Origin: Pavona decussata
Lineage: Eukaryota
Assembly (NCBI GenBank): GCA_977016875.1
Contig: CDRNST010000002.1
Coordinates: forward strand, 2,418,001 to 2,482,000
DNA length: 64,000 bases
Direction of reading: 5' to 3'
Shown piece by piece: positions 50,231 through 63,900 of the stretch (positions are counted from its first letter, which is position 1; every line of letters begins with the position of its first letter). Position numbers and translations under genes: made by a program. The notes under the pieces are model-generated. The model did no database searches and was not told the origin of the DNA. It saw only the letters and a program-made list of their open reading frames with translations.

Positions 50231-53200
50231 ATGCCACCGAAAAAGCGGTTGGATGATTCGTGGAAGCGAAAGGCTGCAAAGCTGGGAAATGAATCACACG
50301 GCTTGGGATCTCAATCACGAATTGCCCTCGATTTTGAAAAGATGAGAGAAGCGGGTTAGACGATTACTCGAGAGGAAAAGAGTTCGGCATCGGGAGTGAA
50401 AGTCGTCTTCCGTTACGTTAATCCAGAAGGGCATAGCGTGAAAAGTGCAAAAAACGTAGAAGATCAGCTAAGAGCCGAAGGGACATTCAACAGATTTGTG
50501 GCGACAAAGTGCTCTGACGAAGAGGGGGAAACTGGGAATCATGTGAATCCACAGTCTACTGAAAAGCCAGAAGAACATGAAGACCCTGACTATGAACCTC
50601 CAAGGAAACAAATCTGCGAAGAAAGTGACGAAGAATGGTGAGTTAAGTTTTATTCTGTTATTGAGTCGCGTCGCTTTCTCATGTTGGTACGCATGTTTGT
50701 GATTTTCACAAGTTCTTGTGGACATTGAATTACTAATGCTATGCTTAGCGTTTTATAGTAGACAATAAACTTTTGAATGTTGACAATTTAGCAATAATCG
50801 GCCACACTGGAATCTTACTTGCAAGATGGAACCATTTTGTATTATTTTAGCAATTTGTCACAATGGATTAATATAAGGTTCAACTATTTATTTTTTTTTT
50901 TGTTTAGTCATAGCATCGATGTTCCAGAAGGCCTGTTTGTGGGAACGACTTCAAGTATTGTGACATTAGTGGGGGAGTTCAATCGTTTTTTCAAATGTCC
51001 ATCAAACGAGGGAAGATGTAAAGGTATGTGCATGTTTATATTCCTTTGACTTCACATCTGCCCTCAAGCTCTAAAAACAGTTTTAGAAAGCACTGAATTA
51101 GCCTCCTTTTGGATGTTTGGAACATAATTTGTTTGTCCAATGAAACACACTTTTCAAGGACCGAAGTCAGTAGACAATCTACCTTTAGCTGCAGTCAAAG
51201 CAATTGAATAGACTGAGTTTGAAAAAAGAACACAACTGGATATTGGATTGGATTGTGATCAGTCAGTGATCGGTATTACCTACACTACCGGTTAGGCAAC
51301 AGTAAACTGAAAGGCATAAAAAAGTTATGAAACTCTAGTCAAAATCTCTGCGTTTCTGAAACTATTGTTTTCGGTATTTTAAAAACCACAAAGCCGCCAA
51401 AACTGTATCACATGATTAGCATTTTTCTAAAATTATGCAGAGTTTAACTAATGGTCTGTGTAGCAGGCTGAAAAAAGCCCTTACCCTTTTCCGAGATCGA
51501 TTGTATTTTGATTGTCAATTTGCTTATGTTGATTCTTTGGCAAATTCCTTTTGTATTGATTTTGCAAACAACCTGTAATTAGAATGACGTATTATTCTAG
51601 AAAATGACACAGACATACTCGGGAAAAAAATCCGAGTGACCCTATCAGGAGTCGAATCCAAGACCTTGCCTTGGGTTCGACTCCTGATAGGGGCACTCTG
51701 ATTTTTTTCTTTCCAAGTGTGCCTGTCACTTTCTAGAATAATACATTATTCTCATTCACTCACCAGGCTGAAAATATACCGTCACCTTTGTTTTGTAAAC
51801 CTGTAATTACTACACTCAAATCTCAACATGCAACTTTTGTCAGCACCCAATTTGCGAAGTTCATTTCAAAGTTCGCACTTTGATTGGGTAATTTGGATAC
51901 AAAACTGACAACTTGGGAACCAACATCCAAAGTTCGCAACAAATTTCACAATTCATGAAACTCCCTGTGATGTCACCAAATTCAAGAATTCAAAACCAGG
52001 AGGCCTACAAAGTTTTCATTCATTCAATTTCTTAGCTCGGGTGATTTTCAGCATTCTAAACAATTAAAGTTCGAGGAGAAATATTTATCTTAACATTCAA
52101 AAATTCACAAGGGAAAACAAACATCTTTTCTGGCAAAATTGAACTCCAAATGTTTTTTCCGATTTCCGGCCGCCATGTTTGTGTTCCTCAGAGGGACACC
52201 AACATGACGTCTCCATAGTAAGCTCTATAAATTTGTGTGAAACATTTTGTCAAATAACTCGAGTACAGAATACCGCACAGACCTGACACTTGGACAGGTG
52301 TCTTATTTACTTATCATCTATAACATGTCAATTTCTTGACTTTATTCAGGGAATGGTCTCAATTTTTTTTTCATGCGCAGGGCAAAGGCGTGACTGTGAA
52401 AACCAGCAATAAACAAAGAAAAATAAATTGAGTTCTGCTACTCTTTTTCCACAAAAACTAAAGTAAAGTTTGTAACTTCTAAATTAATGACTGTTTATTT
52501 ATGAAGTCTTAATTTCTTTTATGGGAAAACTTGTGCTGACAGCGTGTGAAAAAAAGGGATTTGGTGGGGCCATGATGTTCACCTTCAAGTGCTGCGGCTG
52601 TTGGACAACAGGGGTGGACTACAAGAGCAGTGACCTGGCGCAAAATTCAAGGAGGCAGATTGTTTCCTTGGCCCTTTCATTGGCTTTTTTTTATAAGTGG
52701 GCATGGGTATGCTGGGTATGGGAAAACTTTCGGGAGGGGGTTGGGCTTGGGCATAACTTCTGAAAAACCATTTTTGGAAGTTATAGACCTCGCCCTTCCA
52801 CATATCAAAGATATGCTGGATGAGCTGTGTGATGATGCTAAGCAACAAATGAAACAGCTCCCAGCCAATCAAATAGGAAGCTGGTCCAGAGCTGTAACAT
52901 GCTGTGACGGTTGCTGGCTAATACGGGGACATTTCAGTCAAAATTGCACCTTTGTCATTAAAAATTACATCACAGGTGCCCTTCTATATTATGGGCATTT
53001 GTCTATGAGAAGTGCAGACAGAATTTGTGATGAAGATTTATGGAAAGGCACTGCTAAGTCAGCTGAGGGGCATCTCAGCCAGGAGCTTTGGGCTCTGGCA
53101 AAGGAAGAAGGCCTAAAAGTTGCAATAAATTGGCAGGATGCTGATTCTTCTTATGCTGAAGGTTTTAGATACTCTTTTCCAAATGAACAGGAGTCAAAGA

Positions 53201-54800
53201 TTATGTTGTATGGGGGCCATGTGGGGAGGGCACATGGGAAGAGGTTGGATGAAATAAGGGGTAAATCCTCATTCACCCCTGCATTTATTGCCCTGCACAA
53301 ATCAGAATTTCCTGCTATTGAATCGGTGAAATGCTGTTGTGCTGGCAAAAAACATACATTTGTTGCTACAAGAAACAAGCCTGTTTGTGGTTGCAGTAGT
53401 CCTTCATTCATTCAAAATGCCAAGAGGAATCATTACTGTGCTTTGATTCAAGCTGGCACCAGCCCTGAGAAGTACAAAGATACCATGCTGACTCTAGGCA
53501 AATACCACAGCAGGGACATTCATGAGTGGGAGGGGGGCTCCTGTTCATTCCACCCACTCGTAAAATGTACGTGTAAGGGGTGTGTTGTGGATGGCAATGG
53601 GTTTATCCTGACATGAAGTGCCAAGGACAGCCATATCGCTCTGCTCACCCGCTGAAATGTGAATTTCATGCGCTGGCAAGCCTCAACAAATTTGGGCTTG
53701 CTTCAAGCCGGCATGACCTGGTGCTACCGGCAAAAGGGACCGCAGTACCATTGGATTATAGAATTGTATTCACGGATTGGACTGCCAGTTCTCAGTGAAG
53801 TTCAGGAAATGGTATGTATTAGAAATCTTTAGTTTGAACTAAAAGTATTCAGACAGGTTACAGGAAACGTAAATACACCATTGAAGAGACAATGCCGACT
53901 AAATCCAACCGTTTTTAAAACTTTTCATGAATGAAGTTGTATGGTTTACAGTTCTATTTCACAATACTTTCATAGGTTACGCACTTTTCTATCCCGGAGT
54001 AATGCAATGTAATGTGTAGCACCACACTTTCTCTATAGTCATATTTGGCATAATAGTAATTGAATATTTCTTTGTCATTGTCATTCAAAAGACAAGAAAA
54101 TATTCAATGCTAGTAATCCTTGAGCATATGGAGACAGGGTCAGATAATGGGAATGTCCATCATTATTTTTGCTAGTGCCAACAGGACAATGAAGACAGAA
54201 TGAAGCGGTTAGAGCGCTACAAAACAGATGCTGAAAAAAAAAAGGTTGCAAAGAAAACAAAATCGTGCAGAGGAGCAAGAATTAAGGTAAATAAGGGTAT
54301 TGGTGACTTTTGCCTGCTTTTTACAACCCTTTTCCAGTAGCGGTGTTTTGCACTTTGAGGTTCCAACTTAGTCTTTTTCCTGCAAAACCCGGAATTTGAG
54401 GATGCCATCTTTTTTTAGAATTTGACTACTAGATGGTATGGATGCCATGCCACACTGCTCTGGATGCTTTATAGGAGGATTACCATAAATTGATAGTTGT
54501 TCTTGTTTGATGAATAGCATTCTTTCCTCTTTTGTAGAAAGAAATATGTGAAGAACTGCCGGATTAGGCACACTTATGGAGAAGATGAAGATGTCGATGA
54601 CGATTGCTCAGAGGAGGAGGCTGCTATGTTGGCAGAACAAGCATTGGCATGCTACACTGTACCTGCAGTTGAAGCACCAGAAAGAGCCGTTGGGACCATT
54701 GGGGGCCGGAAGTGCAAATGGTGTGGGAGTAGCACCCACAGTCGAAAGAATCACAAAGACTGCCCTTATAATCCTAATAACAAACCAAATTCTTCCCAAC
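50231..54800 (+). pseudogene. Kolobok transposase, multi-exon
   Basis: Exons near 50231-50637, 50908-51022, 52521-53812 and 54540-54800; DGCWLIRGHFS, WKGTAKSAE, WQDADSS and HVGRAH motifs; terminal CKWCGSSTH zinc knuckle; stops and frameshifts. Confidence 0.8.
51590..51745. mobile_element. Inverted pair of tRNA-derived SINE halves
   Basis: B-box-like GGTTCGACTCC faces GGAGTCGAATCC, with arms of about 70 bp. Confidence 0.6.
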
Positions 54801-55999
54801 TCATTTTATTAGGGTTGGAAATTACTGTTTCCCTGTTCATCAATTTGAGAAAAAAAAAAACTCCTTTACTCACCTGACAAGAACACATGCCAGATTTGGC
54901 GAGTATAATTTAGAAGTGAATATTTCACCAAATTATATGGTTAGATTTGCATAAATTAGAATATAGAAGGCCAGATATATAAACCTGGTATAGTTTGTTC
55001 AAACCTGGGCAAGTGCCTGGGTGCAATAGTGAATGCTCTAAAAATTTTGTTTCCAAACCTTCCAAACACATGTTTCTTCAGTTTTCAGATGTAAGTTGTA
55101 TTTGAGGTATCACCAGAACTTCTACAATTTTCTGATGCCAGTGTACATAGAAAAGATATCAAATTATTTAGTTGAAATAACATTGCAAGAGAACACATAT
55201 TATGTGAACTATTTTATTGTAATTTTGGCATGTTCATGTACATGGGAAATATTTAACAAATATTCACTGACTTGGAGGTTGAGTAGTGGTGGATATTTAG
55301 CAGCAAGGTAAATATTCACCACTATCCACCAACACTGAGTTGGATAATTGTTTAGTATATACCACAGAAGTGAATAGTGAGCACACCCAATAACCTTTTT
55401 TTCTTCCACTTGCAAAAAAATGAAAAAAAAAAAAACCCATGCGAGAAGAACGCTGCTTCACCGTTTTTGCTCAGAGGTGAATAACACATGATATCCAGAG
55501 GTTTGAGTAGCCAATCAGAGAGCGCATAAAGCACTGTTTACTGTTGTGGTATGTGCAAACCAATGTATGTAGTTGCAATATTAAAATTCTATTATAAAGG
55601 ATGCTTTTAATGAGTTTTTTACTTGGGTGTCCTTGTTGACCATTTTTTTCTAATTTTGCAGTTTGGTAGAGCAATTTTCATGAGTAACTTATACTCTCGA
55701 TGAAGTTGCCTTACTCATTTAGAATGAAAACCAATCGCAAAAGACTCACATGTGTTTGCAACCGCTTAGCATCCCTTTCATAATTTTGTTTCAAGTTATG
55801 ATTTGTTTTCACAAACGATTACCTTAGTTTTGGTTTTTCAAATCTCAATTGAGAACTGCTCTAACCTAAAAGCGTAACTAATATTTCTTCATGATGAAAT
55901 ACAAAGCCATTTTTGTCAAATATTTTTATTCATCAGTTCTTATAAAAGTTCATTTCATGACAAAATTCATTTCTCATCTCCTGGCCATCGTGCAGCCTT

Positions 56000-57104
56000 G
56001 AGGTCTTTCATGGTAACTTTGTAGACCTGAAATACAAGTGAAAGAAATTTTTAAAAAGTGGGAAAAATAGCGTGGTGGGTGGGGAACAAAAAACCAGTGC
56101 AGGTTCCTTAAAAAGACTCTCATTTCATTGTGTGTATTTAAGAGAGGGGGAGAAGGAGTTAGTAGAGAAGAAGCAATGCCTGCTACATACATTTAACCAG
56201 TTCAAAGGGCAATAAGGGATTTTCCTTCTGAATATACTTTTTCAGGTGTCTGGACATGCTGGTAAGCTTTTCTCTTCTTAGCCACCCCTCCTATCTTTTT
56301 CTTGCTAGCATCACGACCTTCAAAGGAAGTGGTATAATTGCTACAAGACTAGTTTCCTCCTAAGATAATTACAAAGAGAATATAAAAGTATTCAATCTTA
56401 CCGCGGGTGTTTCGGGATTGGGGTAATCCCTTACGCTCTCTTGTACAAGGAGGCGCACCGCCTCCTTCAGGGCCTCCGGATAAACGTAGGTTGGGTTGAC
56501 CTTGCCCCGAAACTCCCCTTTCCCAACGTTGTTTCCATACTGTGGAAGGAAGAATTGAATAAAAATTATGATCCTGAGAAGGAAGAAAAGGAAGCAACGA
56601 AAACATTGCTGTGGTTCTTCCAACAATTACGATCAGCGCCAGTAATGAAAGCAAAATTGTTGAACATTAGGCCGCGCAACACATACAGATAAGCATGCCG
56701 CTAGTGCCACGTGCACATGGAAAAACAAAGAGGCTTCCTGATGCCGCAATCAACACAAGCGTAAGAAAGGAAGAGACAAACGTATAAAAAACTACACGAT
56801 CGAAAGTGCCCATTGAGAATCGAGACAAACATCTCTAAGTTCCTAACCGACAAAATTCCAAAAATTCGACGATAAATCCGTCGCCGGAATTCGTCCCCTG
56901 TCTCGTCAATCTTGCGCTTGAAGCCGTAAACAAGACGTTCCAGGCCTGGACTTCTCTGTAAACTGGTTGGCAAATATAAAATTGTCAACGTAGCAAATAA
57001 CCGGAAAAAGGAGACGAAAATTCAGTACAACATAATTACAAGGCATATTCATTTACCTGCTTTCGCTGAATGCAGCATCGAGGACACGCACTGCTTCGTC
57101 CGCC
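56000..57104 (-). pseudogene. Kolobok second gene (KolX-like), convergent
   Basis: First exon MADEAVRVLDAAFSES followed by GT; later GLERLVYGFKRK and YVYPEALKEAVRLLV..YP segments. Position and orientation fit Kolobok accessory genes. Confidence 0.5.
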
Positions 57105-58699
57105 ATAATGACCAGATCGACAAGGGTTTCATATTCTAGATTACAAGGTTTTATTTGATCGGGCTGTCAACGAGACTATCATGTGCTGTCAACAAGACCA
57201 TCCTCTGGGAGGTCCACTGCTGGGTGCAAGTGTATTCACACAGTATCGTGTTTGCAATTTTGCCGCGAAAACAGCCATAGAAACGAAACTTTGCTTGCTC
57301 GTATCTCAGTCAATTTTGGTGCTACTGACCTAAAATCCCGCGTACACTTTTGTGTTAAGTTTATCTTTAAGCGGTAAAAAAATTCTTGCAAATCGGGGAA
57401 GGTGACCGTAGCCTCCAAGAATACCTTAATGCTCGGGCGCTTGGCAGCCGCACCTGGGGTTTCAATAACACGGCACGGTTACCAAGACTTAACGAATGCA
57501 TGCTGGCAATATAGAATGTTAGGGCTATTGTACTTGACATAAATGGGGAGAAACGACCAGAAAAGACAAAAGACTACTTCATTGTGAGTAATGCAACTTT
57601 ATTTGAAATAAATGTAATCTTTATTTAGTTGAAACACGTGTTTCCTATAGCCCATGGTTGGATATGAGTTGGCTGTAACTAATCTCATATCCCCAGCATA
57701 TTCAATCGAACAAAACCAAACCAAACCATTAACTCTTAGTAGAATTGGAGGGAATTCACTCTTTAACTGAGTTTTAACTAGAGGAGCAAGTGTGAGAGAT
57801 ACTAACACATTTCAATGAACTAAAAACTTTATTATTTAGCTGATTCGAAATTGATTCATTCACAATAAAAATACAACATAAACGGCTCAGTACAACATAT
57901 AAACTGTCTTTATATCGCTCGGGATAACACACCGAACAGGGATATTTTTGAAAGATTTATACCGTCATAGCTAAAGCTTTGCTTAGATAACTATAAAACG
58001 ACCACTGCAACTGAATCTGGACGCACGCAACAGTGTACAGTGTGTACAAAGTAGTTACTACTAGCGCTAAAAGTGTCCTTATTACCTCTATTAAAATTGC
58101 AAGTGGTGTTTGCAGAAGCTGCTGCAAGGCGCAAGCAATGTAAGCTAGACTTTCGATGTCACAACAGTTCATTAAATGTAAAATAACACTAGCGCCAATA
58201 ACAAAAAAATTTTTCTTAACGTCATAATCAATGAAGTAAACAAAGAATGTATTCATGCGCACTACCACGTTGGTGTTGGACTCTACTGCTGGTTTTGTTA
58301 TATTCTGAATGGAAGCGAAGTACATGGAGTATTTTAAAGTTGTTAAAGTTGTAGAGGATGAATCAGATGATGTTGATGTTTGATCTTGAATGAGCTCGGT
58401 GTCTGTTGTTTTTTTGCTGTGACGCGTTGTTGGCCCTATTGGCCTTTGATCTTTCCGTTAAAACTCTTTCAATGAACTTTTCCTTAGAATCACTTGCTTA
58501 AATATTCAGTCCCATTTCCAAAAGTACTTCTCGTAATAAAATAACTGTCATATCGTCTGGATCTCCTTCCTTCAGTTTCCTAATTTTTCCTAAGTTTTTC
58601 CTCTTTTTCTCATCTAACACGTTCACACTCATTTTCCATGAATGCAGGTAACTTTGTCTTGATAAAAGTCATGTCTTGTTTGTCCATACAAAATTTTCC

Positions 58700-60340
58700 A
58701 TCTAAAACCTCGCAATGTAACACCCTGACACATTCTTTAGCATTACACCACATATGCGAAGTCAATACAGAACATTTTTGTGGCAGACTTTCAGAAGCAA
58801 TATCCGAAAGTCCATGAAAAACATCAAGCCTGGTAATTTCACGATGTCCTTGTCAATCACTACTTACGCTATCATGTAACCACCCATCCGACAAAGATCC
58901 TGCATCCTTCAATTTCGCACATTCTGCCATTGTTATTTCAGCAGGGGGAATGCAGGTCCACAGGTCACCCACTATGATTTTCACGGGCCCAAACTCCAAC
59001 ATGGCATCGACAAACTCCGTGCCATCCTCAGTCGCTCTTTTTACTCTTTCTGCAGGAGTGCACTTTCGCTCTTCCTCTGTCGGCCTTATGTAGAATGAAA
59101 AATATTTCTTCTTAATCAAATTGATAACCGGTAAGACGTTTTCGGAGAGAAGAGTTTTTGCACTTGTTAAAAATAACTTCACCTGTCTACAGTAGTTTCA
59201 TCTGGTCCCACTGTAGTCTTGGGGCATGTAGTCTGGTCTGGACTGTGAACAGTCTGGGCCAAATCCTTGTTCCTCGTCACTGGGTGGTAAAACCTCAAGG
59301 TCTTAACCCTCTTCAATAACTAACTTTGAAAGTAAAGGACGAGAGAAAAAATTGACAGGGAGTTTGGTACTTTGTAGAGAACCTAGTGTGTAGTCTACCT
59401 GTGTGCCAGCATAAATTCCTACCTGGTCTGCTGATGGCAAAGGTGAGCTATAAGTAAGGTCTACCACAGGTATGTTCTCAGCTTTCATATTTTTTTGGAT
59501 TTTATACATATTTTTCTTTTTCAACGCAGAGGTAACTTCTTGTGGAATACTTTGTGATAGCCCAAGCTTGTTACCTTGAGGCGCTTCTTTGCTGGACCGC
59601 TACGTATAGAAAGACCTTCTCTGAGGCTGTTGCACATGAGAGATTGATGTATTTTCTTCAGGGCCATTATTCCTTCCTTAAGGTAATCAATATTGTTCAC
59701 ATGGTAGGTGGCATCAGGGACAAGACCTGCTGTTTCTCGTACCTGAGTGCGCAATTTTGCCGCTGATGGGTCTGAATTGATATTTGTATTGGTCTCACGA
59801 TTCGACTGACAATCACTTCCTTCACTTGAAAGACCATCAGGAATATTTTTGTAGTCGCATGGGCTATCTGTGCTTGGCACATCATGATCCTGAGATGTGG
59901 AATCATCTTCGGTCTCTGCTTCATCTATATCCATTGAGTGCACTTCCTCGTCAGATTGTTGCCGAAAGTCCTCCCCTCTCTCCTCAAACCCAATGTTGTC
60001 AAGTGTGATGAAAACATTGTTAAGGTAGGTGTATGGCAGACAAGGAAAATCCCACTCCTCGTTTGCATTGAAAACTGCGAAGAAAGACTTGCATGGAAAG
60101 TGGGTCTTCAACCATGGCTCGCAGGTGCAACTTGGGATTTCTAGTTTTACGGTGTACTCTATCTTCACATCACCGGAGTTTCTGACCCTGAATTCACCCT
60201 GCACCAAATCTACACTATCACATCGCTTCCTCGAAACTCCTCTGCCTGGAACTTGCTGCAAAAAAAGTGCTGTCACCTGATTGCAGACCGCAAAGTCAAG
60301 AAAGGCAGTTGTAACATACCCAGTGGATACATCCATGTGC
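58700..60340 (-). pseudogene. SWIM zinc finger followed by a possible Ulp1-like protease remnant (MULE/Zisupton-like)
   Basis: SWIM pattern YTV....SCTC..W....PCKS (His lost), then GWLHDSV resembling the Ulp1 WLxD start. Confidence 0.6.
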
Positions 60341-61557
60341 CTAAAAATTAAAATATAAAAAAATCAATAACTTGTAATTTATTTCGTCAGTGAGTTACAA
60401 ATTACTTTACTATGGTATTGAATATAGAAAAAATAAGCCAGCACAAAGCAGACATGAAGTCCAAGAATTTTATGGATATTATGACTTCCTTACATATTTC
60501 AGATTAGTTTTTCACTTGGATCTTGTCACTGGCAAGGATGTACAAGGTAAACAACAACTAAAAGCTGGCAAATCTAATACTGTGGGTTGCTACTTTGCAA
60601 GTACTTGCCATACCACAGCATACGTCTAAAGGGAACGGGCTTTAAGATCTGTTACAGTCATATTACTTTTTTTTTTTACAGCGGTGTTGCCAGTATACCT
60701 AAACATCAATCGAAACAGCTTGTCATCTTCATCGCTACTTCCATCGGGCAAAATGGGCGCTCCTTTAAAGATGTCAGGACATGTTCTTTGCTGAACAGAG
60801 CAAGAGCTTCCTTGACGATAGACGCTGTCTTTGTTCTAAACAAATTAACACAAAATAACATTAAGATTAGTAAAAACAAATAAGATATTTACACGGTAAT
60901 ATAACAATCTGAGTAGAAATCAAAGAGCACCAGGAAGCATTACTGACACGAATGAAATGCACCTTTTGCAATTATTTATTTTTTTTGAAAGATGATCGTA
61001 TAAATGGAAACAGAACTGGTTCAAGCGGTGAGAAATGCATTTTAAATAATGTTATATCATGGATTTTTTTTAACTGTAATGACAGCACACGTTTCAACTG
61101 AAGGCTAGGCGAAGGAGACTACCTTTTGTGCAATAAAGTAGTTTCATATAGCCCACCGCGGAAAACAGTTGGATTATGATTTTTGTGTACCTTTTTGTAC
61201 TTGATAAACCGCGTGGCAACAGCTGTTTCAATTTGCCTTACGGGAATTGACAAAGCACTTTAACTTTTTTTTACCTTACCTAGCACAACTGCACTTTGCT
61301 GCAACATCAGAGTCGGGAAACATTTGCTTGAAAAGGGGACCGGCATGGTCAGCAGCACTCAAAGGTATATTGTGCTCCATCAGGAAACTGGTGAACAGCA
61401 CTTCTGATTTAATAACCTAAAAGCAAAAGGAGGAAATTGCTATTGAACAATCATTTTAAAACCAAAACTCTCTTATTGAATTCTATCAACTGCTAATTTA
61501 CGGTTTAGTTTGTTGCACAAGATCGAGGCTTTCGTATAGAGGAATTTGACCGTGCTA

Positions 61558-61955
61558 CAGGGCTCAAAATAATCTTTAGACATTTGCTGGTCATGTTGAC
61601 TGGCCAAACAAATTTAACTCGGTCATGTCTCGTTTCTGACCGCTCAAAATATTGAAAATAATTTTATTACGGTAATATTGAATAAAAGCAAAAATATCGC
61701 CTCGATCGTCTGCTCAGAAACTCGTTTGCTAAGGAGTATAAAAGTTGTGATCAATAAAAGTATCACTGATGTTTGTTACTTGCATTTCCACAGGCAATGG
61801 CCTCTGCATTTCATTCAACATAAATCTTTCTAGTTATTTATTTGAAAGCTGTGTATGTGACCGGTCAAAATGACCACCAAACCGAAATTTTGTCCAGGCA
61901 AAATTATCATCTTGACCGGACATTGTCCGATGACCGGCCGTTATTTTGAGCCCTG
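61558..61955. mobile_element. hAT-type MITE with 5-bp TSD
   Basis: TGCTA|CAGGGCTCAAAATAA ... TTATTTTGAGCCCTG|TGCTA. Confidence 0.88.
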
Positions 61956-62324
61956 TGCTACGTAGTATATATATTTATATGTAAATAGCTTTTCTCCAAA
62001 AGGATCTTGCTTGGATACAAATTGCAATTTGCATTGCCCTTCAGCTTTCTTCATGTTCCCTTCATGGAGTGCACTTGCTATATGGCGCTCAACATCTGCT
62101 TTCCCTTGGTGCAGACAGCTAACGTCACGGTTGCATATTACGCAGTAGAAGCAGTGTGGGTCGTTTGATGCCACAATGAAGCTCCACCCTTTTGTTTATA
62201 ACTTTCGGAAGCCACTGTGGTACCTAGCTGCCCCTTGACCTGCCTTTTTCGTTTTCTCATCAGATGAGATGGGTGTTGCCTGAGGCTTTGCTGAGGGTTG
62301 AGGCTTATAATTAGATAATGGGGG

Positions 62325-62530
62325 AGGAGTGGTTGAAGGCGTAGGCTTGGAGGTTGATGATGGAGGCTTCAAGGTTGATGACGGAGACTTAGAGGTTGAT
62401 GGTGGAGACTTAGAGGTTGACGTTGGAAGCTTGGAGGTTATAGGTGGAAGGAGGTTGATGGTGAAGACTTGGAGGTTGATGGCGGGGGTGTAGTTGATGG
62501 CAAAGGTCTGGAGGTTGATGGCTAAGGTTT
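62325..62530. repeat. 21-bp coding minisatellite (PSTSKSP-like)
   Basis: GAGGTTGATGG recurs about every 21 bp. Confidence 0.85.
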
Positions 62531-63489
62531 GGCCCATGATGGTTGGGGTTTGGTAGTAGGTAATTTCTTTTGCTTAGTCGGAGAGGCAGATCTTACTGGG
62601 GTGTCCGTCTTCCGTTTTCCGCCTTTAGATTTGGGAGTAAAACATTTCCCGCTATTGGACGTTGTGATGTCAGCGGGAAGAAGTGGCACAAAATGGTTTG
62701 GACCCCATCCCTTCTTTGTTGTATTTGAGCAGTGACTCCACATCAAAGGGATGTATTGGTTACTGGACCTCACGGATGCTGATGGTGTCACATTAATGTT
62801 CATGAGGGCTCTATTTGTCCCAGGGTTTTGAACGTCTGGATACACCGATTGCACCGGAAAACCAAGGACATTTCCGTGAGCAAAAATATGCCACATTTGG
62901 CAAAGGTACCAGGTCGCATAGTTCTTAGAACTTCGTTCCGGTAGCACGACGAAGGATTCTTTGGAATGAAATGGACTGAGCTTGGGAGCAAATTTTTGAC
63001 GATATCATTTGTACCCGTTAAACACTGTAAATAACTGTCGTCCAAATAATTCTTTTCATTACATGCCAATTCCAAAATTACCTGCATACGGAGTTCGGTA
63101 TGATGGTCGTCATTTCCAAATAGGATGATGGAAACCACCCTTAAAAGGCAGTTGCCATCTCCAAAGCACATCACCGGCTTTAGCTCTTGTGGGGCGTCGT
63201 CTGGGTACAAGGTTGCTGCCACATTGTCTACCACGAACTGGTTAGTTGCAGCTAAAATGTATAGTGAGGTAAATTTAGGCAAATAATAATAATAATAACA
63301 CTGTTCTTTTACAATTCATGCCATCAAGTACACTGACAGAGGAAGTCCATCAACACGTTCCTTAAAAGAGAATCTTTTTATTGTTTTTTTTTTCCAATAT
63401 TAACAGGTATAAAAGATTTTGAACACGAAATCCTTCAGAAAGCCATGATCAAACTGTCTTTCAAAAAAAATCCCATTCTGTGAGCATTA

Positions 63490-63900
63490 AAAGTAAAAGT
63501 AAAACTGTATTGAATCTCCCAGTCAGGGTTTTCAGACCCAACGTACATAAGCATATAAATAATTGATAAGTTTTGAATATCGAATATAATATCTAAGCGT
63601 TAAAATCATAATAATTAATAGATAAAAGCATCAATAGGTAACTCTCCTAGCTGACAAGAGATGACTAAAAAAGGAATTCTCTAAGTTTCTTTTTGAAAGT
63701 ACGTAGGCTGTCTGCAGCAGTGGTGGTACGTGGCATTGAGGTCCAGAGTTTAATTGCTCGAAATAGAAAAGTTCGTAGACCTGAGGCCGATTGAGAAGAG
63801 GTAATATTAAGATAGTTCTTATTTCTTGTGTTGAGATCATGAACAGTAGATCTTGTCACAAGACGATCACTCAAGGAACTAGGTGCTAGCACTTTCACTC
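63490..63900 (-). mobile_element. CR1/L2-type LINE 3' end
   Basis: HDLNTRNK..L......SG.RTF.FRA.KLW..P....SL..FKKKL, followed by a 3' UTR and a (TTTTAC)n tail. Confidence 0.8.

Larger units (their letters stand above)
49273..57425 (+). mobile_element. Full-length Kolobok DNA transposon (8,153 bp), coding-degenerate
   Basis: TTAA|GGTATTCCTGGAGG ... CCTCCAAGAATACC|TTAA (14-bp TIR, 1 mismatch), with two convergent genes. Confidence 0.88.
60500..63282 (-). pseudogene. Vertnin-like OTU domain + P/S/T linker + zinc finger + hAT transposase N-terminus
   Basis: GDGNCLLR, SVYP and NHFVPLL (OTU); FYCVICNRDVSCLHQGKADVERH; next exon VIKSEVLFTSFLMEHNIPLSAADHAGPLFKQMFPDS (61278-61416). Confidence 0.75.

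Noticed and set aside
51670-51700. tRNA gene
   Set aside because: Only a B-box/T-arm-like motif is present, with no A box or cloverleaf.
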